A stretch of DNA of 64,000 nucleotides from a virus (IMGVR_UViG_3300032132_000001:298573-362572), one strand, 5' to 3'; shown: positions 45,257 through 55,810, numbered from the stretch's first letter. Numbers and translations: made by a program. The notes: generated from the sequence alone by a model not told the origin.

Positions 45257-48200
45257 TGGCAACTCTTACGTTCCCGTCAGATCCACAGGATGGAATGATA
45301 TTCGAGGCTGCACCTGGTCTCTTCTTCCAATACAATGCTGGTAGTAACTGCTGGGTGCGCATCGACGGTGTAGAATCCCTGGGCCTTGCCACACCGATTA
45401 CTGATGGCCTTATGGCCCCCGAGGATCTCCAGAAGCTAAACGATCTGCTAATCCCACCACCACAAAGCACCTTGAAAGGTGAGGATTGTGGCATTGTTTT
45501 CAACCAGGGCAAGATCAGACTAACATCAACAGACAAATCAGTAGACATTGACCACGCTCTAGAAGTGCTGACCAAGATAGACGGCGTGACGATCAGTGAT
45601 GAGCTTCCTTGGAAGATTCATCAAAATACAGCTGGGTACAACTTCAACCTTAACCTGTTGCAATTCATCGAGCGGCTTGAGGAAGAAAGCGGACTAACCA
45701 AGATCCAGCTGAAGGGAAAGGACGGCCGGAAGGGAGCGCAGGGCGAAGATGGTATTGATATGCTCGACACCGGCCCAGTCGGTGAACCGGGAGAAGATGG
45801 CGCACCTTCCATCTTTGGTGGTACGCTCCTACCAGAAGTCTTAGACGTCGATGTTCCAAACGACCTAAAGAACCGTGCCATAGTCGATGTCCAGACAGAA
45901 GAAAGCGACGACGGCAATTTCCTAGTCATCACACGAGCTAACATCGGTGACCCAAGCTCATGCATTGAGCTTCTAGATGCCCAACCTTTTATTAGCCCAT
46001 GGCTCCTAGTAATCGATGAGAATGAGCCAACCCTGGTGCGGAAACTGGCCCAGTTGGACGACTGTACTCTCCCCTGTGTAATATGTAACACATCACTGCA
46101 CCATCTTTACATCCAGCCGCTGATCAATGCGATCAACAACAGGTACGTTGAGCTTGCTATAAAACTCCGGAAAGAGAAAGAGCGCCTATTCGTCGTCTGG
46201 ATGAACGCTCTCATTTCTCTGTTCAACGAACAGAAGGCCAGCCTATGCTGCGCTCTTGAAAACTGTACTACCAGAAAACGAAACACAGAAGACCGTCGTT
46301 ACATCGAACGCCAACGAATCCAAGCGTCTCACTCTAACCACAACCTCATTATCGATGGGGACGAGGATAGGGTAACAGTAGACATGAACGTTGGCCGAGA
46401 TTGCCCAGGCCCAGAGCCACCGGACTGTGAGATCATCAATGATTGTGATCAGGTCACAAATCCAGATGGCGGTCAACTAGAGAGGATTGCTGGAGATGGC
46501 GATACTCCATGGATCTATAGGTCATACCAAAGCGGAGCGCCAGCGGACTATTTCCAGCCGGGCTTCTCTGAGGCTGGATTCTCAGTAGGTGTCAGTCCGT
46601 TTGGGTCGGTGAACTTTGGAGGTAGAGTCTCACAAATTAGGGCTTCCCCATTCACGCCTGGTGGTCCTATTAGATCTTCGTTCGTTTACACAGCCGACTT
46701 GGTGATTAGGTATCGGTTCACGCTGTCGGGGATTGACGACGATGTAAGAATGATCCTAAACTGGAGCCATGTAGACGATAGCATGCATCTTTTCCTAAAT
46801 GGACAAGCTGTCATGCAGCAGGCTCAAGAGATCTTCCCCAACGGCGGGAATGTAGACTTCACCCAGGGTGCTGGTGGAGCGGCGAACTATGTAGAAGGTC
46901 GTGGGGCTGTAAGCCATACGGAGTCGATCCCTTCCGGATTGTTCGTTTCCGGCGAGAACCTTTTGGTGATTCGCGCAAGGGACACGCTTGGGCAACACGC
47001 GATTCTTGAAGGTCTAACCCTACAAATCGCCGGCCCGCAGAAGTCCTGCACGATGGCCGTAAGATCTGATACATTCCAGAAGATTGTGCTTTCCAAATCG
47101 ATAGGAGATCCAACCTCATTCGAATTGGCTAGCCCCGGCGATGGCTTATTCCTCACCGATGAGATCGAGAAGCTGACAGTCAGCGTGAAGTCCACCCAAG
47201 AAGATATTGATTTCAAATTGGCCTTGAGAGACACAGATGGTCTCACTTATATCTGGCCGGCTCAGGGCAATACAGTATTGGATGAATATGAGACGCTCGA
47301 ATTTCCATTGTCTGATATGTCAGGGATCACGGCTGGCGGTCGCGGCACGCTAGTAAAGCCTTCGACTTCAATAGCAATCAACCAACTACTGATCGAACTG
47401 AACAATCAGAGCGATGTCGAACCAACTATATTCTTCGACACAATCGACATTCATCAAGTAGATGGTACGATTACATCTCTCGCGGCGTTTGGCTGGGCTG
47501 ATACTCTAGCGCTCAAGCAAGCGTGGAACACCGAGTGCCGTGCAGATCCTATTGGCGCGTTGTGCGACAATGGGATCGTATCTATCACCCTCGACCCTAG
47601 ATTCCACACCAGTTCTGATCGGGGGATAAAGCTCAACATACCAAAGGGCAACTATAAAGCGGTAGTAGCTGGCTGCTGCGCTGAGGTGGCCCCTGGTGCG
47701 TTTAGTGGTAGATTCGGCATTTCCTCATCCCCTGGTGAATCTCCAATTGAGACCACCGCTCCTAATTTGGGTGTCGGCACGTTTGCTCAAGCTCAAGACA
47801 AGTATCTTGGCTTGGCGGTGCCGTTCACACATGAGGGCGGAGAAATCACCACTTGGGTCATCGATGCTAATGCAGTAGCGACCGACAATGCTGGGTCGAT
47901 AACCCTCGATATCTTCCCAACGCTATGTGATGAGCTAGTAGATCCAACTGCTGGTGGTGAAGATTCGATCCTAGTATATGCCAACACCATCGCTGCTGCG
48001 AACCTCATTGGATTCATCACAGCGTTCGGTGGCACACTCCCGGCGATTGACAACTACAACCGGGAAGGCGGCTCTGATGATGCGGGTCCTTCGATCATGG
48101 AAGGACCCGAAGCAGCCAACGGTGAATCTCACATCTGGTTCTACAACAGTGTAGACGGACTATCAGCGTTCATCGTGAACGGTGGGCCAGATTCCAACTC

Positions 48201-48927
48201 CGCTGCGATGGACTTTAGAACAGTTGGGAATAACGCTGCCCAGTCGTTGATCGTAGCGGATGACCCAGGCGAAGTCTCGACCGAGCTTGCCACAGTAAGT
48301 GAAAGCGCCTTCAAGGCTGAATGGGAGTATGGCCCCGATGGTGACGGTGCAGTGGTCGGCTACTTCGAAGAACAAAATTGGGTATTCGAAGTCAGCCCGC
48401 TGAACCTCGGCAATGCTTCCAGGCTGGTCGCCAAGTCCAGCAATGGCACAGATGTAGAGCTTGCAATATCCACAGACGGCTTGGGCACTACACTGGCAGC
48501 CGACAAGATCTTGTTCACTAGGATCGCCAATGGCTGCCTAATGCACTATAAACAGGTAGAGTGGCTAGAAAGAGGTCACCGGACTGGAGCTTCGTGCAGC
48601 GCGGTGGTCACAGTAGAAGGAGTTACCTATATCGTGGTGAAGCGGTCGATTGGCATCGACAAGACTTGCGGTGGTGGCGAGACCCTCTCCAACCAATGCG
48701 TGTCCACCTTCCTTGCTACGGGCGCAGGTCACCCGGCCATCGCTTGGCCGACTTTCAACAAGAGAGAATTCCTCGGCCTTCCAACATCTGGATTCCAAGG
48801 GTTCGTGGAAGACGAAGATCTTTCGAGCCAGATCCTTGCGAAACTCCAGACGGGGGATTTCGAAGAGCCAGTGAACGGGGACCCAGTATCTAACATCCCG
48901 TTCGTAATCTTCCCATCGGGACTGTAA
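45256..48927 (+). CDS. large fibre-like protein with short collagen-like G-X-Y runs (1223 aa), paralog 2
   Basis: TAATG overlap with the previous gene; N-terminus DPQDGMIFEAAPGLFFQYNAGSNCWVRIDGVE; GKDGRKGAQGEDGID and GPVGEPGEDGAPS triplet runs. Confidence 0.6.
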   Translation: MATLTFPSDPQDGMIFEAAPGLFFQYNAGSNCWVRIDGVESLGLATPITDGLMAPEDLQKLNDLLIPPPQSTLKGEDCGIVFNQGKIRLTSTDKSVDIDHALEVLTKIDGVTISDELPWKIHQNTAGYNFNLNLLQFIERLEEESGLTKIQLKGKDGRKGAQGEDGIDMLDTGPVGEPGEDGAPSIFGGTLLPEVLDVDVPNDLKNRAIVDVQTEESDDGNFLVITRANIGDPSSCIELLDAQPFISPWLLVIDENEPTLVRKLAQLDDCTLPCVICNTSLHHLYIQPLINAINNRYVELAIKLRKEKERLFVVWMNALISLFNEQKASLCCALENCTTRKRNTEDRRYIERQRIQASHSNHNLIIDGDEDRVTVDMNVGRDCPGPEPPDCEIINDCDQVTNPDGGQLERIAGDGDTPWIYRSYQSGAPADYFQPGFSEAGFSVGVSPFGSVNFGGRVSQIRASPFTPGGPIRSSFVYTADLVIRYRFTLSGIDDDVRMILNWSHVDDSMHLFLNGQAVMQQAQEIFPNGGNVDFTQGAGGAANYVEGRGAVSHTESIPSGLFVSGENLLVIRARDTLGQHAILEGLTLQIAGPQKSCTMAVRSDTFQKIVLSKSIGDPTSFELASPGDGLFLTDEIEKLTVSVKSTQEDIDFKLALRDTDGLTYIWPAQGNTVLDEYETLEFPLSDMSGITAGGRGTLVKPSTSIAINQLLIELNNQSDVEPTIFFDTIDIHQVDGTITSLAAFGWADTLALKQAWNTECRADPIGALCDNGIVSITLDPRFHTSSDRGIKLNIPKGNYKAVVAGCCAEVAPGAFSGRFGISSSPGESPIETTAPNLGVGTFAQAQDKYLGLAVPFTHEGGEITTWVIDANAVATDNAGSITLDIFPTLCDELVDPTAGGEDSILVYANTIAAANLIGFITAFGGTLPAIDNYNREGGSDDAGPSIMEGPEAANGESHIWFYNSVDGLSAFIVNGGPDSNSAAMDFRTVGNNAAQSLIVADDPGEVSTELATVSESAFKAEWEYGPDGDGAVVGYFEEQNWVFEVSPLNLGNASRLVAKSSNGTDVELAISTDGLGTTLAADKILFTRIANGCLMHYKQVEWLERGHRTGASCSAVVTVEGVTYIVVKRSIGIDKTCGGGETLSNQCVSTFLATGAGHPAIAWPTFNKREFLGLPTSGFQGFVEDEDLSSQILAKLQTGDFEEPVNGDPVSNIPFVIFPSGL

Positions 48928-49112
48928 TGAGCCATGAATATAGCCACTTCTTCCGGATGATGGACCAGATGGAAGCAGAGAATAAGCAGCTGAAAGAAAT
49001 GTTAGAACACGCAATGAGGACCATCACCGAGAAGTGGTCCGAACAATATCCTGATTGCACCCCAGAAATGCGGCAATGGTACCAAAATAGGAAGAATGAA
49101 AGTAAACACTAG
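48927..49112 (+). CDS. hypothetical small protein (61 aa)
   Basis: ORF with an ATGA overlap upstream. Confidence 0.3.
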   Translation: MSHEYSHFFRMMDQMEAENKQLKEMLEHAMRTITEKWSEQYPDCTPEMRQWYQNRKNESKH

Positions 49113-49674
49113 TCAATTCTGCGCCATGGCCCGGTCTGAGGACTGGCAAGAGTGGCTCCGAAGCACCGATCTAGAACTCTTCCAGCTTCTGGACGACACC
49201 CTCAAAAAGCGTAAAGGGTGCAAGACCACAAAAGAAGCGATGATGAAGATCTATAAGCAGGTGTACCAGAAAGGCCACGGAGAGGCTTTCGAGACTTTCA
49301 TAGGCCGTCGATACCCATGGATGGCCTCTGGAGGCACGAAAAGGCAAGAGAAGGCCCCTTCTGAGGCAAGACGGCCCAAGACCATCGCAGACTTGGCCCC
49401 GAAGAACACACATCTGGTATTCAAATCCTATCGACCCAACCTTCTCACATTCCCACAGAAGTGCATAATTGTCGATAACCCGTCAGTATTACAACATCGT
49501 GTCCAAGAATTCTTGGAAGACAAAGTTGGGGCTGACTATATCATTATCGACGATCACGCTTACGTTGAGTACTTCCATCACAAGTATTCCGATGTGGTTG
49601 GGAAAGTCACAGCTGAATCCAGAGATATACACTGCTACAGGATGAAACTGGCGCAAGGTGAAAAGCTGGGCTGA
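49096..49674 (+). CDS. hypothetical protein (192 aa)
   Basis: ORF in a co-directional array. Confidence 0.4.
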   Translation: MKVNTSQFCAMARSEDWQEWLRSTDLELFQLLDDTLKKRKGCKTTKEAMMKIYKQVYQKGHGEAFETFIGRRYPWMASGGTKRQEKAPSEARRPKTIADLAPKNTHLVFKSYRPNLLTFPQKCIIVDNPSVLQHRVQEFLEDKVGADYIIIDDHAYVEYFHHKYSDVVGKVTAESRDIHCYRMKLAQGEKLG

Positions 49675-50020
49675 GAGACGCTGGATTGTGAGGGGCGAGA
49701 TGCTTGAATCTGGGGAGATGATCACAATTCCCCAAGAGCACGCCTCCGATTTCCGTATAGTAAAAACCAACAATCCGTATAATGTATTCCGTATGTTCCA
49801 GAATGGCCGGTTCAAAGAACTGTACATCTTCGGCCTAGATCTAGAGCTAGAAGAACCAAAGGATCTGGTGGTTATTTCCGGAATGGTCAAAGAGATGGTC
49901 CGGAATTGCAAATCTGTCTATTACTGTACAGACTATGAAGTCCCACCAGAGTGGGCACCCACTATGGCCATGATCCATGTTATCACCATAGATGAAGGCA
50001 TAGAGCTAGTACAAAAATAG
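49658..50020 (+). CDS. hypothetical protein (120 aa)
   Basis: ORF in a co-directional array. Confidence 0.4.
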   Translation: MKSWAERRWIVRGEMLESGEMITIPQEHASDFRIVKTNNPYNVFRMFQNGRFKELYIFGLDLELEEPKDLVVISGMVKEMVRNCKSVYYCTDYEVPPEWAPTMAMIHVITIDEGIELVQK

Positions 50021-50037
50021 TAAAAGGAGATCTACAT

Positions 50038-50352
50038 ATGCGTCTAAACAGTTACGGAAAGAAGTTGCTTGGCGAGTCGATTGCGAAGCATGGCGAGCTA
50101 GGTACTATGATTTTCTACGAACAGGCTGCTCGATTAGATGGCATCCTGCGCGGAAAGCCAATCTTCGAAATGGCTGCTTCTAGTGGCGGAGTCGCCGCTG
50201 AGGGCGGAGACGATGACGACGTAGAAGGCAATCCTGACGACGTAGAAGACTCGGTGCTGATTGGCGACGTCGAGAAAGAAAGTATCTATCGTGAGATGGA
50301 TGAGCTGTTCCAATTCGATGAGAAATCACTCAGAGTTAAGGAAGGGGAATAG
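50038..50352 (+). CDS. hypothetical acidic protein (104 aa)
   Basis: ORF; Asp/Glu-rich segment GGDDDDVEGNPDDVEDS; AAAGGAGA SD. Confidence 0.4.
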   Translation: MRLNSYGKKLLGESIAKHGELGTMIFYEQAARLDGILRGKPIFEMAASSGGVAAEGGDDDDVEGNPDDVEDSVLIGDVEKESIYREMDELFQFDEKSLRVKEGE

Positions 50353-51362
50353 TGCGAGTACTCTACTGCACTCCCAACGGCGGTGCGTTTAGCTACATCA
50401 CTCAGTCTATTATCCGCTGCTTGAAGGCAGCTGGGATCCCAACCGAAAGATGGGATGGCAAGAATAGGCAACAGATTGAGCGACTACAACCTACCGTTTA
50501 CATGGGTTGTTCTGGGCACCCTCAGAACTACCCGGAGTGGGCTAGGAAGAAGTACGGCACCAAGATCGGTATCCATGTAAATCCGTATTGCACCGACAAG
50601 ATGCCAAAAGTGCACGGTGTTGACATCATGGAGCCTGGTCGGGCTCTCAACTGGACCATCAAACAGGACCCAGACTTTGTCTACTGTTACGCCGATGGGA
50701 AACAGATCGATAGATGGTACCACATGTGGGCCGATCGACACCACTTCCGCATCGTACCGATGGAAAATGCGGGTGATCCGCTTCTCTATCACCCTACAGA
50801 ACCAGATGAAAGATTTACCTTCGATATCGGCTTTCTTGGGGGTTACTGGGGATATAAAGCACACAACCTCGACAAATACATCGTGCCGCTCCAAAAGAGG
50901 TACAATTGCGGAGTCTTTGGCTGGGGAGGATGGGGGTCGGGATCCCGACGAATTTCAGACACCGAGGGGAACAAGCTATTTTCCTCGTGCAAGATCTGCC
51001 CCGCTGTCTCCGAGCCCCACACGACGGACTACGGAATCGACATCCCAGAACGATTGTTCAAAGTGCCACTATCCGGTGGATTCACCATCAGCGACCCGGT
51101 GTACGACATCGAACGAATCACAAAAGATGTCATCCCACTAGCCAAAACTCAGGGTCAATGGTTCGAACTCATCGACCACTATCTGAAGAACCCAGATAAG
51201 CGGAAGAAAGAAGCTAAGGAACAGCGCAAGTATATCCTTGAGAACCACACCTACTTCGACCGCATGGCTAACCTATTCGAAATGATCGGACACCCCGGAG
51301 CTGCAAAGAAGCTCCTCGATTACAAGAATGGGATAATCGCCAAAGATAAAACATGCGTCTAA
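50352..51362 (+). CDS. glycosyltransferase, GT-B fold (CgeB/GT1-like C-terminal domain)
   Basis: C-terminal half (ERLFKVPLSGGFTISDP...ELIDHYLKNPDKRKKEAKEQRKYILENHTYFDRMANLFEMIG) resembles the conserved C-terminus of CgeB/GT1-family enzymes; no other motif. Confidence 0.45.
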   Translation: MRVLYCTPNGGAFSYITQSIIRCLKAAGIPTERWDGKNRQQIERLQPTVYMGCSGHPQNYPEWARKKYGTKIGIHVNPYCTDKMPKVHGVDIMEPGRALNWTIKQDPDFVYCYADGKQIDRWYHMWADRHHFRIVPMENAGDPLLYHPTEPDERFTFDIGFLGGYWGYKAHNLDKYIVPLQKRYNCGVFGWGGWGSGSRRISDTEGNKLFSSCKICPAVSEPHTTDYGIDIPERLFKVPLSGGFTISDPVYDIERITKDVIPLAKTQGQWFELIDHYLKNPDKRKKEAKEQRKYILENHTYFDRMANLFEMIGHPGAAKKLLDYKNGIIAKDKTCV

Positions 51363-51760
51363 ACAAACTACACCGAGATGATCAGCGGGTATTCACGGAA
51401 TATATCCATAAGCTGAGAAGGGCGCTGAATGGGCCCTCGGTCCTCTCCGAGCAGAAGATCACCATCACCATCGACACAGATGAAGGGAAGCCACAGCAGG
51501 TAGTTTCCCCCATCTCTGCTCCACAGCCTCAGATAGTCAACCCTACGATTAAGGTGTCTGAACAAGCAAAAACCGAGTTCGCTAAGAAGATAGTCGAACT
51601 TGGAAACTTTGAAGATCCTATGTGGGTAGAACAACTTGTCAACGGCATGAAACAAGTTGGCGTACAAGGTCTAAATCCTATTCAGAACAGAGATCGACCA
51701 GTAACTAGGGGTGAGATGAAAAAACTCATCGAAATCCTAGTTGGACTGGTCGGGAAATGA
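51353..51760 (+). CDS. hypothetical protein (135 aa)
   Basis: ORF in the array. Confidence 0.4.
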   Translation: MRLNKLHRDDQRVFTEYIHKLRRALNGPSVLSEQKITITIDTDEGKPQQVVSPISAPQPQIVNPTIKVSEQAKTEFAKKIVELGNFEDPMWVEQLVNGMKQVGVQGLNPIQNRDRPVTRGEMKKLIEILVGLVGK

Positions 51761-51978
51761 CAGATAACTACGACTATCTGAACCCCAAAGCTGCTGAGCG
51801 AGCAAAGCTCGATAAGTTTTCTAGAATCAACCAGACTTTGGCTAAAATTGCAATAGCTCGTTCTCTCCATCCCCACCAGCAACTAGATAAAGCGTGGGAA
51901 ATAATTAGAGAGCTAATCACGGACAACCTCACTTTGGATCATAGGTTGTCTGAACTGGAGAAAAAGATCGATGGCTAA
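51757..51978 (+). CDS. hypothetical small protein (73 aa)
   Basis: ATGA overlap upstream; helical. Confidence 0.35.
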   Translation: MTDNYDYLNPKAAERAKLDKFSRINQTLAKIAIARSLHPHQQLDKAWEIIRELITDNLTLDHRLSELEKKIDG

Positions 51979-52576
51979 GAAGAATTGGCTAGTAGTATTC
52001 CCGATCGATCGTCCTCCTAAGCCAGGGGTCACTGTCACCGACTTCGTAATGCGAGGAGGGGGTGGTACTATCACCTTCTCTGACAATGTGACGTATGAAT
52101 GGTTCTGGAAATTCGATCAAGATCCTTCCATTCCGGCTGGTGGTCGCATGAAGATCACCCTAGATGGCCCTCGCGCATCTTTGGTATATCAAACCATTGT
52201 AGATCAGACAGTCTGTAACTTCTACGACTGGTTGCTCCAATGTACTGACCTTGCTAGCAGGATAGCTCAGCTTGAATTATCAGCTGGTTTGGCTAAAGAA
52301 GTGCGATTTTTCGCAGCAGATTGGGCTGCTGGCACTCCTAACGAGGTGCATATTATTCCCGTTGGGGCTCCGGGTGCGGGCCAGCGCGGTCCACATGAGC
52401 TTCCAGTCACTGGGAAAGCATATGCGATCACCGTCCAAGAAGATAGTGGAGCTACATTAACTCTTGGTGTAGATGTGGGCTATAGAATAGACCTATCTAC
52501 AGGCGATGTGTTCCTCACAAAAACTGGTCTAGCGGCTGATTTTGATGGGAGAGTGATAATCACAGCTTCAGCCTAA
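51971..52576 (+). CDS. structural-type protein, MA(K)xFY...GFAGE paralog family member 1 (201 aa)
   Basis: C-terminal region AAGTPNEVHIIPVGAPGAGQRGPHELPV...TKTGLAADFDGRVIITASA parallels 52627-53301 (AAGTANRIDVIQTGAAGAGEVGPHGLAI...SKTGLGADFAGRVIVAGTP). Confidence 0.5.
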   Translation: MAKKNWLVVFPIDRPPKPGVTVTDFVMRGGGGTITFSDNVTYEWFWKFDQDPSIPAGGRMKITLDGPRASLVYQTIVDQTVCNFYDWLLQCTDLASRIAQLELSAGLAKEVRFFAADWAAGTPNEVHIIPVGAPGAGQRGPHELPVTGKAYAITVQEDSGATLTLGVDVGYRIDLSTGDVFLTKTGLAADFDGRVIITASA

Positions 52577-52626
52577 TTATAATCCTCCTCTAAGCAAATC
52601 TATTATAGACCCTATGGAGGAGACCA

Positions 52627-53301
52627 ATGGCTAAGTCATTTTACGAAACAATTATCTGCAGCGGTGGATTCGCTGGAGAGGTGTTCGATGTAGCCGCTGG
52701 TGGCGCGAACACTGATGTAATTGACGTTCTACTAAGTGTTGGTGACGGTATTCTCACTGAGAACGCACCAATTAACATGATCTCCACTGGCGCCCTAGGT
52801 GCCGCTAGAGATCTAGATATTACAGGTATTGAGCAAGACGGTAGAATCTTCTATCTGTCAGCTCGTAACTCTGATATCACTACCAACGACCTGACTGTCA
52901 CAGCTACGACAGACATCAACGGCGGTGGCGCTACTCTCACGATTTCGGTAGCGACCGACTACTTGTTCGTTCATGAGTCTGGTGGCACCTGGCGTGCGTA
53001 CATCCAGTCGCAGACCGCTGCTTCTGGCATTTTCCGCACAACTTTCGCTGCTGCTGTTTGGGCTGCCGGTACTGCTAACCGCATTGACGTCATCCAGACT
53101 GGTGCTGCCGGTGCTGGTGAGGTTGGCCCACATGGGCTCGCTATTGCTTCTAGCTATCTAGTCCAGGTCTACCGTGATTCTGATGATGAGCTGGTAGATG
53201 TTGGTATCGTGGCTGACGGTGGTACTGGCGACATCACTCTAAGCAAGACCGGTCTTGGTGCAGACTTCGCTGGTCGCGTAATCGTGGCAGGTACTCCGTA
53301 A
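52627..53301 (+). CDS. structural-type protein, paralog family member 2 (224 aa)
   Basis: N-terminus MAKSFYETIICSGGFAGEVFDV is shared with 53490 (MAAKDFYQVIAAKAGFAGEYEAL); the C-terminus is shared with 51971. Confidence 0.5.
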   Translation: MAKSFYETIICSGGFAGEVFDVAAGGANTDVIDVLLSVGDGILTENAPINMISTGALGAARDLDITGIEQDGRIFYLSARNSDITTNDLTVTATTDINGGGATLTISVATDYLFVHESGGTWRAYIQSQTAASGIFRTTFAAAVWAAGTANRIDVIQTGAAGAGEVGPHGLAIASSYLVQVYRDSDDELVDVGIVADGGTGDITLSKTGLGADFAGRVIVAGTP

Positions 53302-53480
53302 TGTCTGATATCCACGATCTACACAAAAAGCTGGTTGATGAAGCTAAGGAGCTTGCCAACAAGCAGAAAGAGCTTGAGCGCAAGGTCAAACAAGCTCGCG
53401 ATCTCAAAAAAGCCAATGCGGAGCGTCGAGAGAGCATTGCTAAGCTCGAAATGGAGCTTAGTGAACTCCTGGACGATTAA
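53301..53480 (+). CDS. small coiled-coil protein (59 aa)
   Basis: Not in the ORF track (below the 60-aa cut-off); ATG overlaps the upstream stop (TAATG); MSDIHDLHKKLVDEAKELANKQKELERKVKQARDLKKANAERRESIAKLEMELSELLDD. Confidence 0.35.
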   Translation: MSDIHDLHKKLVDEAKELANKQKELERKVKQARDLKKANAERRESIAKLEMELSELLDD

Positions 53481-53489
53481 AGATATGGT

Positions 53490-54296
53490 ATGGCCGCAAA
53501 AGACTTCTACCAAGTCATTGCAGCGAAGGCAGGTTTCGCTGGCGAATATGAGGCGCTTACAGAAGCAGAGATAGCTGCAGCTGCAGGTGCAGCTTATTCT
53601 CCTCCAGAAGAGGGCGTTTTCAGAGTAGTAGCAAGCCGAGTTGTACAGCTACTCTGTGACGCCCCAGTCTTTGTAAAGACCTTCCAGACCTCTGCAGCTG
53701 AGGTCAGAGTACCTTCTGGTACAGTTGGATCTGCGAACGACGCCAGCGACGGTCGCATTTTCCTCATAGGGAATGATTCTACTGCTACTGGTACACTTAC
53801 CGTAGCAGATCAGGCCGGCACCGCTCTCCAGACTCTAAACCCAGGCGACCTGATCTGGGTGGTCCATGGTGATAGTGACACCTGGACTGCTTCAGATCCG
53901 ATCGCTGGTACCGATGGATTTGGCGGCACTTTCCGCTATACTCACCACCAAGGCGTGCCCGGCGGCGGTACAAGATATCTAAGAACCGGTCAGAGTGTCC
54001 CTTGTTCTAATGCCGGTGACAGATTGATTGCTGATATCCGTATCACTGGAATATCGGTAAGGACTGATATTTCAGATGGCTCTAGAGATTATGATGTTGA
54101 GATTGTTACTAGCCCATCCGGCACTCCTGCAGTCATTGCCACACTTGCCTTGCCTTCCGGGTCTAACTCTGAGGGCACCAGTTCTTTGAGCGTCTTCGTT
54201 TCAGCACCCACCGAGATAGGAGCAAGATTGGTTAGAACTTCTGGGGGCGGATCATCGTCGTTTAACTCTATCAATGTCAACGTGCAGGTTGGATAA
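53490..54296 (+). CDS. structural-type protein, paralog family member 3 (268 aa)
   Basis: Shared N-terminal MAxxFY..I....GFAGE; Gly/Thr/Ser/Ala-rich. Confidence 0.5.
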   Translation: MAAKDFYQVIAAKAGFAGEYEALTEAEIAAAAGAAYSPPEEGVFRVVASRVVQLLCDAPVFVKTFQTSAAEVRVPSGTVGSANDASDGRIFLIGNDSTATGTLTVADQAGTALQTLNPGDLIWVVHGDSDTWTASDPIAGTDGFGGTFRYTHHQGVPGGGTRYLRTGQSVPCSNAGDRLIADIRITGISVRTDISDGSRDYDVEIVTSPSGTPAVIATLALPSGSNSEGTSSLSVFVSAPTEIGARLVRTSGGGSSSFNSINVNVQVG

Positions 54297-55136
54297 ATGG
54301 CTACTCTAGTCATCAAAACCAACGCTTCTGAAACCAACCCAATCACAGTCCCAGATATGGGAATTGTGATCCCTGGGTCTGGTGGAAGCGATACTTTGAT
54401 ACGATTGGGCGATCTTGAAGATGCTAGAATATCACAGGATCTGCGTGATCTTGCGACAGACGACGCTTTTGGGGCAGGCTCAAGCACTCTCATCTTAAAT
54501 GATGGTGCTGTAGATATTGCGCAAGCTGATACGGGCTCATTCCTTGATTTTATCAATGTAAGCACCCAAAATAACAGCGCTGCGTCTGACCCTGGTGTTT
54601 CGGACGATGCAACTAAGGGATATAAAATCAATTCGCTGTGGACTAACACCTCCACTAAAGATGTCTTCCGCTGTACAGACCCTGCAACAGGCGCAGCGAC
54701 CTGGAAAAAGGCGGCAAGTGGCGACAGTGGCCCTGGTCACTCTCATGATAGGCAAGAATTCAAGACAAGCACCGAAGTTTCGAGAGATGCAACAGTTTAC
54801 GACGATATTCCATTTACACTTATAACAACCAATAATAGTGAAGATATGACATATATCATCACATTCACTGCTGAAGCTAAAGGGAGCAGCTCCTCCAAAG
54901 ACATTTATATCAGGATATTGGTAGATGGGGTAGTGGTTACAGAAAGCGAGAGAGTGCTAAGACCACAATCTGGAAACAAATTCTTCACTCTAGCGACAAG
55001 TGCAGTTTCACCGACTGTCGGAGATGGAAAGATTGTCAAGATTCAGTGGAGATCTGGAACAGCCAACCAGGTTTTCTCCATCCGTGCGCGAAGCCTCATC
55101 ATCGATGGCATCACAACTGCGGCGGTTACCTCATAA
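54297..55136 (+). CDS. structural-type hypothetical protein (279 aa)
   Basis: ORF abutting its neighbours (ATG one nt after the upstream stop); Ser/Thr/Asp-rich. Confidence 0.5.
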   Translation: MATLVIKTNASETNPITVPDMGIVIPGSGGSDTLIRLGDLEDARISQDLRDLATDDAFGAGSSTLILNDGAVDIAQADTGSFLDFINVSTQNNSAASDPGVSDDATKGYKINSLWTNTSTKDVFRCTDPATGAATWKKAASGDSGPGHSHDRQEFKTSTEVSRDATVYDDIPFTLITTNNSEDMTYIITFTAEAKGSSSSKDIYIRILVDGVVVTESERVLRPQSGNKFFTLATSAVSPTVGDGKIVKIQWRSGTANQVFSIRARSLIIDGITTAAVTS

Positions 55137-55810
55137 TGGCTACTGAATTCACCTATTCAATCTCGGCAGATATGCCTGACGGAGCTGTAGACAACACGGC
55201 TCTGATGGGTGAGATATCTGCCTCTAGCATTGTCCCAGCCCTAAAATATATTAGTATAGATGGCGACGAGCTAAAGATTGTATTCGCAACAGATCTTTCT
55301 GCTGGTGAAGAAACCATCTTAGATGGAGACACTACAGGGCCAGCTGGAGGGCTGTTGGCCGCGCATAATAAAGATATGCGCATCCTGTCGGAGCCAACGA
55401 AGTCAATAGCTAGAAGGATAACATCAAAAGATTCAAGTTCCTTAACATATTCTACTTACTGTTCGTTGCGTATAGATGATTTGATGGAAGGAACATATAA
55501 AGTGTCTTGGTACGCCGAGTTTGGAGGAAGGAATGCCAACGCCGTATATCATTTTAGAGTACACTATCCTCAAGGTCCTACAGATCTAAGTGAGGTCAGC
55601 ATAAGACCAGGACTGGCCAATACGCTTACACCAATGTCTGGTTGGTATATTCTTGAAAACTTATCAAGAGATGTTATGGAGATATGCATACAAATGAAAG
55701 TGGACGATAACAAGACTTCCGGGTTTATGCAAAACGCGAGAGTTATAGTAGAACCGGTAGATATAATTGACGATTCGGACAATCCCGCGATTGTTTCTAT
55801 CCCGAGGTAA
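55136..55810 (+). CDS. structural-type hypothetical protein (224 aa), paralog of 55813-56946
   Basis: Internal ATG overlapping the upstream stop (TAATG); MATEFTYSISADMPDGAVDNTALMGEISASSIVPAL is similar to MAETAYQYSVSDFSSGVDAGTLSDEIRSSGIVTAL. Confidence 0.5.
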   Translation: MATEFTYSISADMPDGAVDNTALMGEISASSIVPALKYISIDGDELKIVFATDLSAGEETILDGDTTGPAGGLLAAHNKDMRILSEPTKSIARRITSKDSSSLTYSTYCSLRIDDLMEGTYKVSWYAEFGGRNANAVYHFRVHYPQGPTDLSEVSIRPGLANTLTPMSGWYILENLSRDVMEICIQMKVDDNKTSGFMQNARVIVEPVDIIDDSDNPAIVSIPR

